Assembly: GCA_021613535.1 (NCBI GenBank)
Contig: CP075494.1
Span: 11,222,001-11,286,000 of the forward strand
DNA from: Adineta vaga
Taxonomy: Eukaryota; Animalia; Rotifera
Reading direction: 5' to 3'
Length of the DNA stretch: 64,000 bases
Shown here piece by piece: positions 1 to 13,900 of this stretch (position 1 is the first letter of the stretch; each line of letters opens with the position of its first letter). The notes below the pieces were generated by a model. It was not told the DNA's origin. It did not search any database and worked only from the letters and a program-made list of their open reading frames with translations. A program made the translations under genes and the position numbers.

Positions 1-3000
1 CTACAAATATAAACTTACTTGAAATGATTTAATAAATGTCCATAATAATGTTCGAATACCTTCTCCTCGACTTAGAACTTTAACCAAACGCATAACACGA
101 AATAGACGAAAGAAATTGATACTGATTACATTGGTACCAGGCTAGATAAAATCAATAAAAGAATCATTTAATGAACGTTCAAATTCAATATGTTTTTTTT
201 TGTTGACATCAATAAATCAAATAATAAGATCCTTTCTTCGAAAAGAATCATTTCAAATTTAGAAACATCGATATTCGAAATAGACAAAAACTAAACAACA
301 TTAGTTGGATACCTGCTGAATTTTCCAGAATCGCTAATGAATTACAGAAAGAAAAGAAAGCAATAAACAATTCAAGGAAACATGCAATAGTAAAACTATT
401 TCACGTTCGAAAACAGGGAGAAAATGATTCTCATACTTGTTTTATATGACTTACCGCAATAAGATCAGTATAAACAATATCAATTACACTACCAACGACG
501 ATAATGAAATCAGAACAATTCGATGGATCACTGAAATAATTCTAAAAATAAAACAAAAAAAAATTAAAAACTGAAGAAATTCACTTTGGATTTTCTATAC
601 TTTAAAACGAAATGCAGCCATTTTAAGAACAAATTCTAATCCAAAAATAGTTGTAAAAACAATATTTAGATAATCCAATGCTTTAGAATAATTATCTGGT
701 TGTTTATGATACTAAAGAGAAAAACAAAGATTCGTTTTTCATTGAATAAATTGGTAAATTAACTTACTTTCATTGCAAGTACAATAGTATTGATCATAAT
801 TAAAGAGAAAATCGCGTATTCAAATGGTGGTGATGTAACAAACCACCAAATTTTCAACTGACTCTTTTTAACTGGTATATAACGTTTGATTGGCTTTGCT
901 TTCAAAGCAAATTCAATACATTTACGCTAAAATAGATCGATAAAAAAGAGACTTTTTTCTTATCTTGAAGAAAAATATATCTACTTGATTTTTATCCAAT
1001 TCACAATTTTTATATTCTTGTTCACCTTCATTTTGAAATGTAACGATGACGAAACCGACGAAGATATTAACCATAAAGAATGCAATTACCTAGAAAATAA
1101 ACTTTAGTGCAATCATCGTGAGATCATATTCTTACAATGATAAATGTTATGAAAAATGGAGCAACAAATGGTCGATGGTTATACACTGGACCGTGGCCTT
1201 CTGCTTTCGAATCAATAGCTGTATGTAATAAACTGTAATAAATAGAAAAAGAGAATTCATTGATGATGATTTCGTTTAATTAAACTAATTACGCTGGCCA
1301 TCCTTCAAATGTTGCAACAGTGAAGAGAGTTAAGAGAGCTTGAGGAACATTATCAAAATGAAATTTTGAATTTTCCCAAACACGTTCTTCTTTCGAAACG
1401 CTACTTTCACTTGTTTTTAAATAATATCCTCTAAACAAACAATTGAACAAATTAAATCCAAACATCTGAAATCGTGAATTCATACTTGCAATTTTCTTTT
1501 GTTAACATTGATTTATCATTACATGAATAGAATGTTCCCTATGAAAAGAAAATGTTCCAAAAAGAAAAACTCTCTTTTGTCGATAATTTACTTTGAATAA
1601 TTGTACACCCATACAAGCAAACATAAATTGTAGAAGAAAAGTAACTAACATAATATTTCCAATAGTTTTAATAGCTACAACGACACATTGAACGACATGC
1701 TATGAAATTAAAGAATGAATTATTTTTTTTTATAAAAATATCTTAAGGAAAATTCAGTCATACTTTAAGACCTTTTGCTCGATTAATGGCACGTAATGGA
1801 CGAAGTACACGAAGTACACGAAGAATTTTGACGACTGACATTGCTCGATCTTTAATTACCATAGATATCAATGAAACGGATACGACGACAATATCAAGTA
1901 TATTAAAGCGATTACGAGCAAATGCACCTGGATGAAAAATTAAACCATAGGAAATAACCTATAAAGAAATAATTTGTATAATCTTTGTTTTTTTTTCTCT
2001 TGACATTTGTTCTTACCTTCAAACAGATTTCAATAGTAAACACTGCCGTGAAAAAGTAATCAGCTGTATTAAGAATCTATTGAGGAGAAAACGATGAAAG
2101 CCATCAGTTTTTGAAGAAAAATGAAGACATATCTTACTCGATTTCGAACTGAATCAGAATCTACAGGATCTTCTGCACCCAAAGATATACTTGAAAGTAA
2201 AATACAAACGAGTACAATGTATCCAAATGCACGATGATTACAAACACGATGGCAATAGATTCGAAATCTAAAAAGTTTTTGTTTTTTTGAATATTTAAAT
2301 TCGAGAGAAAAAGCTTTTTTTTCTTCTGTTTACTTGTTCGTATGACTGAAGAGAAATAGAGATGAGTATGGTGGAATTGGTTTGACTTTTTCGACAATAT
2401 TCAACTCAGATAGACGACGAGGTCTAAAAGAAAAAGAAACTTTTTATAAATCGATATTCTCTTTAGTTTCATTCTTTAACAAATTAAATTCACAGTTCTC
2501 GTATTAAATACTGTACCTTGCTTTTGTTCTTTCTTCATCATCCGTTTCACCCGTTGGTTCTTCATTAAGTTCGGCTTCGACTCCATCGTCCTCGTGTTGT
2601 GAAGGTTTATCTCCAATTTCATCTAATGGTTTTTCTTCGTTTGCATCGCCTACTGCTTCATCTAGACAAAGAATATTATAGTCTTGCCGATTGAATTCGA
2701 TCATTCTCTTACCTGTTCCAGCTGCTCCAATGGTTGCTCTAATAATTGAGAATAACATTTTCATTATGAAGAAATAAAAATATTGCAAAAACAAACGAAA
2801 CTTACTGATCAGTACCTTGTACATCTCCATTTGGTTTTGCCTCTTCACCTAATTTCGCTTCTTCACGTTTCTTTTGTTCTTCTTCTTCGGCAGCAGTTAA
2901 ATTTTCTGCATCAGCCAAGTTATCAACGGCGACTAGAAACACAGCATTTTTATCTTCTAGTTTTTCTTATTCAAATTCACTTACTAGCCAAAAAGACATT

Positions 3001-6000
3001 TAGTAAGATGTAATTACCACAGATAAATAAAACAATAAAATAAACGCAAACAACTGTACCAGCAAGGCCCAATCCACCTAGTGCACGTATACCTGTATAC
3101 AGTACTTCATTCCAATCTTCACCTGTGAGAATCTATATAAAATAGAAGTACTTCTTTTTTCCGAAATTCAAACCATTTTCGCGTTTTTCTTACTTGAAAT
3201 ACAGTGATTAATGCGCCCCAAAATGAATCAAAATTATTTCGTGGTTTCTCTTCAACGGTAAATATTTCATCAAATTTTCCTCCAAACATTTGCATGCCCA
3301 AAAGAGCAAAGATGACAATAAATAAGAACAAAAGTAACAAGAGAGATGCAATTGATTTCATTGAATTAAGTAATGATGCAACTAAATTTCTCAAAGCTGT
3401 CCAATAACGTGTTACTTTGAATACACGTAGTAGACGAACACATCGAAGCACAGATATACCCAAGGGAGGCATAAGATCTTTGAAGATGAGAACAAATTCA
3501 ATAATCGAAGCGATAACAACAAAGCAATCGAAACGATTGAAATTCGATACAAAATAGCCAGTTATACCAAGTGAATACATTTTCAAAAGCATTTCAAATG
3601 AAAATAATACCACAAAGATTCGATTGGCATATTCTAAAAGAAATCAATATATCCATAATTAACAGAAAATATCAGATGAACAATTATGAAAAAATACACA
3701 TCTATGATTAAGTGAATCTCATCTATTGCATGTAGACAATCATTAGATTTGATTAAATTATGCAAGTAACCGATGTGTATCTTGGGATTTGATGTCTACA
3801 GTTAACTTCGCACTTTCCATGTCACGTAGAAATGATCAAGAATGAATGATAAATGAGTTCGAAACGAATCCTACCTTGAGTATCGGTTAACCAATCAGGT
3901 TGTTGATAATATTCACTTGCTAAGACAACTGTATTCATCAATACAAGAATAATAACAATCCAATAAAAAGTTTGTGATTTCACCATTGTATGAATACGAC
4001 GTCGTGTATATGCATGAAAAACTCGAATATATCGTCTGAAAAGAAAATACGAGATATATCCATTGAAAATCTATGCATTCGCACGTACAATTTTTCATAA
4101 AGCCAACTACAATGTGTTTCTAGTGTTCCTTGTTTTTTTATGGGTTCTCCCGATGCATCCAAAGCAACTAAATTAATAAGAAATGAATCAAAGAATACGT
4201 TTATCTTTCGAATTTACCCTCATTTTCTGTCCCATCAGCTGTATCATTTCCAATTTCTAAAAATAAATTTCATTTTTAGAAATTCAAGTTTTAGAAATCA
4301 CGTTCGTGCATTTACCAGCTTTACGAATCCATGCCATATAGTTTCGAAAAGATTCATCGATAATTTGTATTTCTCTCAATTTTTGAAAATCACCTCTTTG
4401 TTTTGCTTTTTCTCTTTCTTTTGAAAATTCACTAAATTAAAATCAAATTTTGTTTTTTTTCAAGATTTTTTTCTTTCCCTTTTCAAAAATATACCCGCTT
4501 AGGACACCTAAGACAAGATTCATGACGAAAAAAGAACCAATAATTATCAATGAAACAAAATAAATCCAAGCCCATTCACGTCCAATAGCATCATTCATCT
4601 AAAAACATTCAAGAACAAAAGGAAATACTCGATAGAAATTAGAATCTATAACAATGTCACGATGCTCATATCGCAGTTATTTCCTAACATTCATATTCAT
4701 TTGACTTCCGATGAGAATCAAGATCAATAGCAATCAAAGACGTTCAACTCAGATTTAATTACTTCCGTATTGCATATACAAATAAGTCTTCTTTCTTAAG
4801 TACGAAGTTCTCGAAATGACTTCATTCTTTATCACATTAAACTTTTGATTTTTAGGTTCTCTTTAACATACTCGATATAAAATTGATGTCCATCCTTCCA
4901 TTGTTATACATTGAAAGACAGTTAACATTGCCAAACCAAAATTATCGAAATTAATAAATCCAAACCATGGGCCTACCCAACCGATATCTTTACATTCTTG
5001 ACCAGCAGGACATTTCCTTCCTTTTTCACCACATGGTCGAACTGGATCTTCAGGCGGCATTATAGCTAAAGAAGATATTTCTTATATTGAAATCAAAGTT
5101 GTTTTCCCTACTCGTTCCATTGTAATAACAGGTCATATGCATTTTTCCACAGAATAATTCTAAACCAATAATTGCATAGATTGTAATGACAAAAAGTACC
5201 AATAAGGCGATATGTAACAACGGTAACATTGCTCGTAGGATGGAATTCAAAACAATTTGTAAACCTTTAAAGAAAAGAAAAGTCACATATTAATTCATGT
5301 CGATAAAATATGAATTCACATGCAACAAACAAAAATTTCCTCTGACTAAATGCATAACTTATACATGCAACCATGAAATGGAATTTTTTTGAAACAAAAA
5401 TCGACACCAAACATAAAAGCAGGCAGGGATAGGATGATGATAATAACAACTAATACACTAAATAATTTATATATATTGCTTTGCTTTTTGTTTTTATTTA
5501 CTCGGTACACCATTGACAAGTTTTAATGGCCGAATAACACGAAAGGCTCGTAAAGATTTGACATCAAAACCTTGGACATTATATCGAACTAATATGACAC
5601 TCAAAAATCTAATGAATATGAAGAGGTTATCGATTTTCTTTGTTTTTTGAAATCTTTGTAATGGATTTTCCTACCCGACAACAACAATAATAAAATCAAG
5701 TAAATTCCATCCGCTCCGTAAATATGCATTCGGATGAAGACATAGACCATAGGCAATAATTTTCAGAACAACTTCAAGTGTAAATATTGCCAGAAAGATA
5801 TACTCAATTTGCTCCTATAAAGTTCAAATATCAAATTAATCAGTCAGTTTTTTGATAATAACAAAAAAAAGCAAAAAATCTCTTGAGAACGATAATCTGT
5901 GCTCAAAATTCTTTCCTAATATATTAAATCTCGATAGATTGATTAAATTCAATGTATTCTGTAATTCAATTATTTACTAGAATAGAATTTGTTGGTGTTG

Positions 6001-6539
6001 TATCATTATGTGGTAATGGCTTGCTCATAGCTAATGCAGCACAATTACAAAAAATTGTTAGTAGCACCAAGTACTCAAAAGGTCTAAAATAAAGAAGAAG
6101 ATAGTTTTCATTTAATTTCATGTATATGATTGAAATCTATCTTTATGTTAATTCTTACTTCCATTCAACTAATTTGATACATGTACGACGTAATTTATTA
6201 TCAAGTGATAAACAAAATAAAGCTCGACTAGGATGTTCAGGTGTTGTTTGTCGTCGTTTACGTCGACGAATTTCTGCTTGTTGTAATACAGCACTCCACG
6301 CGTTGTTACCAGTAGGAATATCGAGTAGATGTGCCTTTAGAAGAAATAAGTATGGAAAAATATTGAAAAAAAAACACAGAATCTGCTTACGGCTTTTTTA
6401 GGAGGTGCTTTCATCTGCGGTGGTAACGGCGGAACTAAATGAAAATTTATATTGAATGAATGAATCATCTTTTCATTTGCAACTTACGTGCATCGTATTC
6501 ATCATCCGCCGCATATGAATATTGTAATGGACCAAACAT
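1..6539 (-). CDS. Voltage-gated calcium channel alpha-1 subunit, L-type (Cav1/EGL-19-like); multi-exon, runs off the left edge in domain IV
   Basis: Pore loops TMEGW (I), TGEDW (II), TFEGW (III); S4 segments [16 protein letters not shown] and [32 protein letters not shown]; II-III loop RPRRLSELN; probable start [17 protein letters not shown] at 6539. Confidence 0.95.
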
Positions 6540-8161
6540 TTTCTTGACTAATTTATTTTTATCTTAATAATAGAATCGTTTGATATTGTTGAAATGCGGA
6601 ATGATCATCAAAGGACACTAGAGAAGAAATAAATATATATATAGTCGAGTCCTACTGTCGAAAGTTAATCGAGTGAAATATAAAGCAAAAGAAAACTTAC
6701 CGAAAGAGACATTATAGAACATTCTTTTTCTCGTTGTTGCATTGAAAGAACATTATAGCTAATGATCAGTTTAGAAAGAAATATCTGAATAGAAGAAAAG
6801 AAAAAGAAATAGCTCAAGGAAATCAAGAACTCTTTAAAAAAAAACAAATCATATCAAAGGGTCATATAATACAAGGTCGAAGAAGAAAATATCATCAAGG
6901 ATTTTTGTTTGTCTGCTACTGCCATACATCCGGTTCCAAATAAGGACAAACATGTTCTGGTACTACTATCAATGCAAACGAACATTGACTGTGCTGCCAC
7001 ATATAATCATGTTATCATTTACAATAAAAAATGATCACTTAGAAAAATTTCCTTTCATCTTTTTATCAAATTAACTTGGCATTTGACTTTTAAGTCTTTT
7101 CAAACGATAAGTAACCAATAAAAAAATTGTTATTTTATATATATATATATATATATGGAAAGAGAAATTTTCCCTCTAACAGAACATTCGTCATACGTAT
7201 TTGTCCTAATCGACTACTAATATATCATCAATAGGAAACAAAAACAAATAATATCTGTTTTCAAAAAACAGAGAAATTGCCTTGAACTTACTAAAGATAT
7301 TATAAGAATAAATATAAAAACATAAAAGTTTACAAATATAATAGATTATAATTATTGATGGTAAATGGCAATAAAATAATAAAATCATGAATAAATATGT
7401 GTTTATATACGTAATCTTTTCTTGATTAGACTTTGATTTCTACTTCCTGTTATAAAAGATTCTAATAATAATAAACAAAAGCGAATCGACAACTTGCTTT
7501 TATTAAAGTCAAAATGATTTAGAGTTTGAACCTTTTGTCAAAATATAACACTATCTGAATACAATCATTTTCGAATTACTCATACTAAAAGGAATATATA
7601 TATTCGATTTGTAATCACAGGATCGTCATTGTAAAAATGATTCATCCTCCGCATTATAGACATGTTTGATGCTCGAAAAGAAATATTATATCATTTTAAA
7701 ATGTTTTTTTCGTTTCTTTCTTTATAAGTCGACTAAATAGCATGAGGTTTGTCTCAAAACATTGACTGTTTTATATTATATTTTGTTTCATTAAGAAATC
7801 TGTACAACATTGTTTTGATCCTATAAATCGTTTGGTGAATAGTTATATTCAAAGTAAAAGAACATACCTTTGATCTTTGAGTAGAACATGGTTGATAAAC
7901 AATTGAATGCTTAAGTTCATTGCTATGTAAGAAGAAAAGAGTTTCTAAAAACTTTAGTCTTGTTTAATATTTCTATTCAAACTAACGAAAATCTATGACT
8001 AAATTTCGAATTTCGCTGATTTTTTGACGACAATAAAATTTTGAAGAGTAAATTAATAAATACTTTTCATGTAATCGAACATCAATTAGAACTATCAGTA
8101 ATGCATCCATTAGAATAAGAGTAAAGTTTATAGTTGATAAATGTTACTTTTAGATTTTCTA

Positions 8162-9624
8162 ATGACAGATTCAACGTTATGGAATACATGTGAAGCTGTT
8201 TGTAGTTTACATGTTGAAGAATTAACTAATGAACAGTTGATTTACAATAACTATTGTCGTACATGTGGGTATCATAAAGACGATCATACATGTAAGTAAC
8301 TCTAAAGATTAGATACTAATTATTATATGATATATTTACAGATATTCTGGACGATGCTCAAAATTTTATTACAGATTTCGATGGAAATGTTGAAGATACG
8401 ATTTATTCACCCGTTAGTATATTGGATGCATTTGTGTATTTTCGGACTATTGAAATTATTCTGTAGGGCAAATCTCGTTTCAACGATACATTATTCGATT
8501 CCCAAAGCAGAACTGTAATCGCCGACACTTTTCCCGGATTAAGTAAACAAGAAGCTTCGAATATCTTAGATAAAATCTGGACACGATTACAAACCGAACA
8601 ACTCGAAACAAGACTAGCTGAGTTAAATGAGCAATGTCTTTCACTGCAAGGTGAAACCCTTCGTTGGCATGAGTGTATTTATAGTGAAACAAAACCACCT
8701 ACTGGTCACAGTCTATGGATATCTATGCATGGAGGTGGTGGTTGTCCCGCGCCTATTAATGATCAACAATTTCAAAATCAAATTAAACTTTATGATCCAA
8801 GTGAAGGCATCTGGGTAGTACCGCGAAGTCCTACAGATAGTTGGAATATGTGGCATCAAGAACATATTGATGCTATGTTTGATCGAATCATAGAAAATTA
8901 TATTATGGTTAAAGAAATCAATCCAAATCGCGTTTATATTTTAGGTTATTCAGCGGGTGGTGATGGTGTATATCAACTTGCACCACGTATGGCTGATCGA
9001 TTTGCAGCTGCTGCGATGATGGCTGGACATCCTAATGATGCATTACCTTATGGTTTACGTAATCTACCATTTGCAATTTATGTTGGTGCAAATGATTCAG
9101 GTTATAATCGAAATGAAGTTGCACAGCAATGGGCTAAGCAGTTGGATACTTTACAAAAAGAAGATTCAGATGGTTATCATCATCATGTAAATATATGTGC
9201 CAATATGGGACATTGGATGTGCGGTCAGGATGCAGAAGCATTGACATGGATGGTACAATGTGCTCGTAATCCATGGCCGAAAAAAATTGTTTGGGTTCAA
9301 GATAAAGTTTTTCATAATCGTTTCTATTGGATATTTTTACCTAATACTATCAAAGTTGACAAAGGTGAAAAAATTACTGCCGAAGTCAATGAACAAACAA
9401 TCATTATTTCAATCAGTGCAAACATTCAACAACTCAATTTATATCTTTCTGATGTTTTAATCGATTTAGATGAACCAATCAATATTTATGTTAATGGTTA
9501 CGGTCAAGTTTTTCACGGCTATGTTCCACGTACTGAACAAGCAATTGAACATTCCTTGCGTCATCGTGCTGATCCAACATGTGCTGCATCTGCTATACTT
9601 GAACTTGCATGGGCAAATGATTGA
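8162..9624 (+). CDS. Bacterial-type alpha/beta-hydrolase (esterase/peptidase-like) with short N-terminal extension; exons 8162-8291, 8342-8412, 8467-9624; HGT candidate
   Basis: SLWISMHGGGG oxyanion motif, GYSAGG nucleophile elbow, VGAND acid, MGHW His; the two GT-AG introns join all exons in frame. Confidence 0.85.
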
Positions 9625-9903
9625 AAGAGATTATTTTTAGTTAGTTTGTTTGTTTGTTTATTTTTACTTTGTCTTTATGTGCGTATGCTTTTTTTTCAAA
9701 ATAGAGTTTAAGAAAAATGTGAACATGGGACGTAAGAGAAGGAGCGAAACATAATAAATTCAGTTAACCAGAACGAAGAAAAGAAGCAGAAAAAAAACAA
9801 GAAAAATCAATATCAATAACAACCAAAACGATGATGGTGTTTAAACATGAAAGAGGGTAAGGCTGCTCAAAAGGCAAAATTTACAGGAGCGCGCAGAGAA
9901 CAG

Positions 9904-9929
9904 CACACACACACACACACACACACACA
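9904..9929. repeat. (CA)n microsatellite
   Basis: Direct run of cacacaca... followed by TA repeats. Confidence 0.9.
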
Positions 9930-10908
9930 TGTATACATATATATAATCGCGCAATAGAATAAGTAGACAAAAGTACATTCCTAGTTCAAGAAAAACAAAC
10001 ATACAGATAGTTTAGCACACGATGATCCAAAAATGTATATATTTGGAAGCTCGTCTTCGTGTGTTTCGTGCTCCTGATTTCTGACTTGTTCAATATTTTG
10101 TTTGCTTCAATTAATAAACTACGAAAGTTTTCTCGACTCATCCTCTGAATTTTTCTTTTAAAAACTTATTGTTGAGAAGAAACAAAAAAAAACAAGACAT
10201 ACATAAGATGAGAGTACACGCACACAAAGATATCACTCGGCCAGAGACAAGAAAAAAAATACAAAGTACACAAACGGGACAAAAAGAAAGCTGGGCTTTG
10301 AAAAGTATTTTTTATCATCGATAGAAAATACTGTTTTGATACGGTTAATCATCAAGTTGCCCGCAGTGTTGATATTATACAACAAGAGAAGCTTAATGCA
10401 TCATCTTGAAAAATAGAAAGAAAGAAAGAAAGAAAGAAGAGAATGCATCACACATAAACAAGAAAAAAAGAAAACATGTTATCACATTGAGAACAATAAC
10501 AGTATGACAAAGAGAAAGGGTGTGGGTACTACTTGTCATAAGAAAAGGTAACAGAAACACACGTATGTATATATATATATGAATAGAGAGCAAGAGAAAA
10601 AGGAAAGAAAGCTTTAACAAAAGAAAAGAAAAACAAAACAGTTTAGTGTGATGCTTGATTTTATACATACGAAAAAAAAAAACAATGTAAAGGCAAAAGT
10701 CTCATAAATAGCAATGCAGATAATATTTGAGCTTGAAATTCACACGAAAATTCGTCGCCATCATCGCCGTCGTAAGAAAAAGAACAAGGGGAAATGTCGT
10801 CACACTCGCTGAATTAACGAGATCATATATCAACGTATAAATATTCCATTCTCAATTGAATGCTTGAAGAGATATTTTTATTTAATAAAAAACAAAACTT
10901 TGTTTTGA

Positions 10909-13900
10909 TTATTGCTCATCTGTCAAGAGAATTTCATCATCACCTAAATAAAAAAAACAAATTTGAGTTTTTCAATCAATAAAAATGTTTTTTATAGTTT
11001 TTCAGAACATCTCTTACCTTGTTCATAGCCATCTACAGCATCTGTCCATTTCATTGCTAAATAGGCTGTTAACTGATCAAGATTAAAACGATCTGTTTGA
11101 GCATTTCGTCTTTCTTGACTATAGACAAGTTGTAATGCATTTGACATAATGTGTGATGACGATTGTTGTCTAGTTTGATGAAGTAATCTTGAAGATCTTT
11201 CATAATCATTATTATCGTTTTCATTATCAGTATCATCTGGATGAGATTTACTTTCGATTAATAATGATGCAGGTGTGATTGGTTGAAAATATGCTGCTGC
11301 ATATGATCCTTGTGATGGATAATATTGTTGTGAAGAATAGAACGGTGAAATTGGTATTGGTTGTTCAAGATCATTGGGTTCTTTTCGAATGGGTTGCATA
11401 TAAACTGGTGCTAGGTGTGCTGGAATAGTTGTATAAACAACTAATGGTTCTTGAACATGTTCGGAAGATTGAATAGTTTCACCAATAGTATCCTCATCAA
11501 GAGTTTTTTCATCTTGATCTATTGTATCATTAGATTTTCCGGTCGTATATGTTGTTGGAATAAGAACATATGGTGTTTGAGAAGACATATATGGTGCACG
11601 GACTAAATTCATATAGGCAAATTGTTGAGGATAATTAGCAGCTAAGCGTTGTTGATTAAGTTGTAACAAAAGAAGAGGATCGATGTAAGATGGTTGAGTG
11701 ATCGGTGTTGTTTGAAATGGATAATTTCGGTTATTATGTTGATATGTATGAATATCTGAACCGGAATAAAAGACTTGTCCACCATTCGATCGTTGTTGTT
11801 GATAAGAACGTCGAAATGACGAAGATTTGGAATCTATTAAGGTATCAGGTAGTTGTGTTGAAAAGAAATCTTCTGATTCTTTTTCAATTTCTGATAATGA
11901 TGATGGTAGTGGTGGTGGCGTCGGCGATAACGGTGACGATGATGATAATGTTTGTGTGATAGGTTTATCAATGATAGGATTTTCAACATCAAAACCAAAG
12001 GAAACATCATTTAATTCTACATCTTCAGATTTATTGACAAAAACTACAGGTGGTGGTTTTGATTGTCGCTTTTGTGATGATGATAACGATGACGAAGAGG
12101 AATGAGATGATAGACGAGGTGATAATTGCTCATTTAGAGTATTCGATATAGAAGTTAATGTAGGTGGCACTGATGTTTGAGAGATTGATTGTGCAGGTGA
12201 AATAATCGATTCTTCTTTTGTTGACATGGAACTAGATGGCTTTATATTTGAAGGCCCATTACGCATTGTTGAACGTGCGGTTCCATTCTGTAGCAATTGT
12301 GGCAGTGGTGGTGGGGGTGGCGGTGGAAAACGACGTTTATCATTCGTATTCGATGACGGAAAATGAGATGTTCGAGAATTTGATGATGTGGAAGGATTTG
12401 AATCTTGACGACGTTCTTTCGTAAGACGACGACGATGTGTGACCGTTACAAAAGGCTCTGAAGTAATTTCACTGTTCGAATCATTTAATATTGCTGAAGA
12501 TAAAGAAAACGAATCATTATCATCATTAATTGGTGATGTACTATGAATTGGTTCTAACCATTCTGGTGCTGATATTTCACCATTCTATTAAAGAATATTA
12601 GAAAAAAAAAGAAAATATTAATTGTTTTTACCAACAATAAAAAATCACAAATATATGTCTATATCTATTATACAGTTAATAGAGATTTCATTCTTCTGAA
12701 AAGATCGAGAAATCTATCAAAAATTAGTATCGAAATCAGATATATACATCTATATAGCCAAAGAATATGTCTAGAAATGTCCTTAACAAAAAAAAACTCT
12801 GATCAAATCAATATGAATTGATATTTGTTATAGATAATGAAAAAAAAGAAGGAATGTAGTGTTCATTCTAAGAAGGAACTTACAGTCGTATTTGGTGAAG
12901 AATGAGATTCATCATCATTCGGAAGACTAATTTCAGTTACACTTTGTCCATGAGATGTATTATCGATGGAATGGGATGATGTTGTTGTTTGATCTTCTTC
13001 ATCAACGAAACTAATCGATTGAATGTCTTCATCAACATGTGATGTTTTATCTTCATTATTCGTAGTTATGAATGCATCTTTAATTGATTTTCGAAATTTT
13101 CTTCGCGTTGTACTAGTATTCGTATCTGTTATACGTAAAGGAACTGAGTTGTGTCGTTGTTTTGATGATGATTCTCCATCAATAAACATAACAAGTTCAT
13201 CAACATCACGATCACCACGATGACCTGGAATTAATTCTGTTCGTATTGTTTCTTGTTGTTGTAACTAAAAATGAATAAAATTTTATTGTTCTTTGTTTCT
13301 AATTTCGATAAGAATTATTTCATATACCTGTTTTCGTTTTTTGCTGGCTCGAGTTGTTGATTTTCGTGAAGAATTGGAATGATTGACATTATGTTGATCA
13401 TGACGTTCCGAATTTCTATATAAACAAAATCATAAAATAAGAATACATATATATCATTGTTTAAATATTTTGTATTTACTGATTTTGATGACTAGATGAT
13501 GATGATGATTGAGGTCTTTGCGTCGTATAGGAAAGAATGTCGTTACTTGAATGAATATTGCCGTTTGGATCTATGATAGAGAAAATAGTGTAGTTGATTT
13601 TTCTTCTCAAAAGAAAAAGAAAAACTATGGCGTGACATTTTTTTTGTCAAACATCTTACCACCGTTTTGGTTATAATTGAAAGTATCGGATAATTTATAA
13701 TATAAAAACATTATTAGCGGCCGAGGCCGTATACTAAATAGATCTGGCATATCCACCTGGATATTGAACGAAACATGTTGGGTTTCGAATGTATATGTAT
13801 ATATACTTTCTTTTTTATCGTTAGTTGGACTGGATGGATGATGATGACGTTAAACGAGTGATAATTATATTGAAAAATGAGATAAGAAAGTAAAAAAAAT

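Noticed and set aside
10393-10668. Hydrophobic Phe/Leu-rich short ORFs (also 6665, 7206, 13821, 20988, 41000, 53623)
   Set aside because: By-products of T-rich UTR or intergenic low-complexity sequence.
11705-12424. Plus-strand ORFs overlapping large minus-strand exons (also 3204, 23442, 55759 and those in the EGF gene)
   Set aside because: Antisense shadows of real coding exons with no independent motifs.
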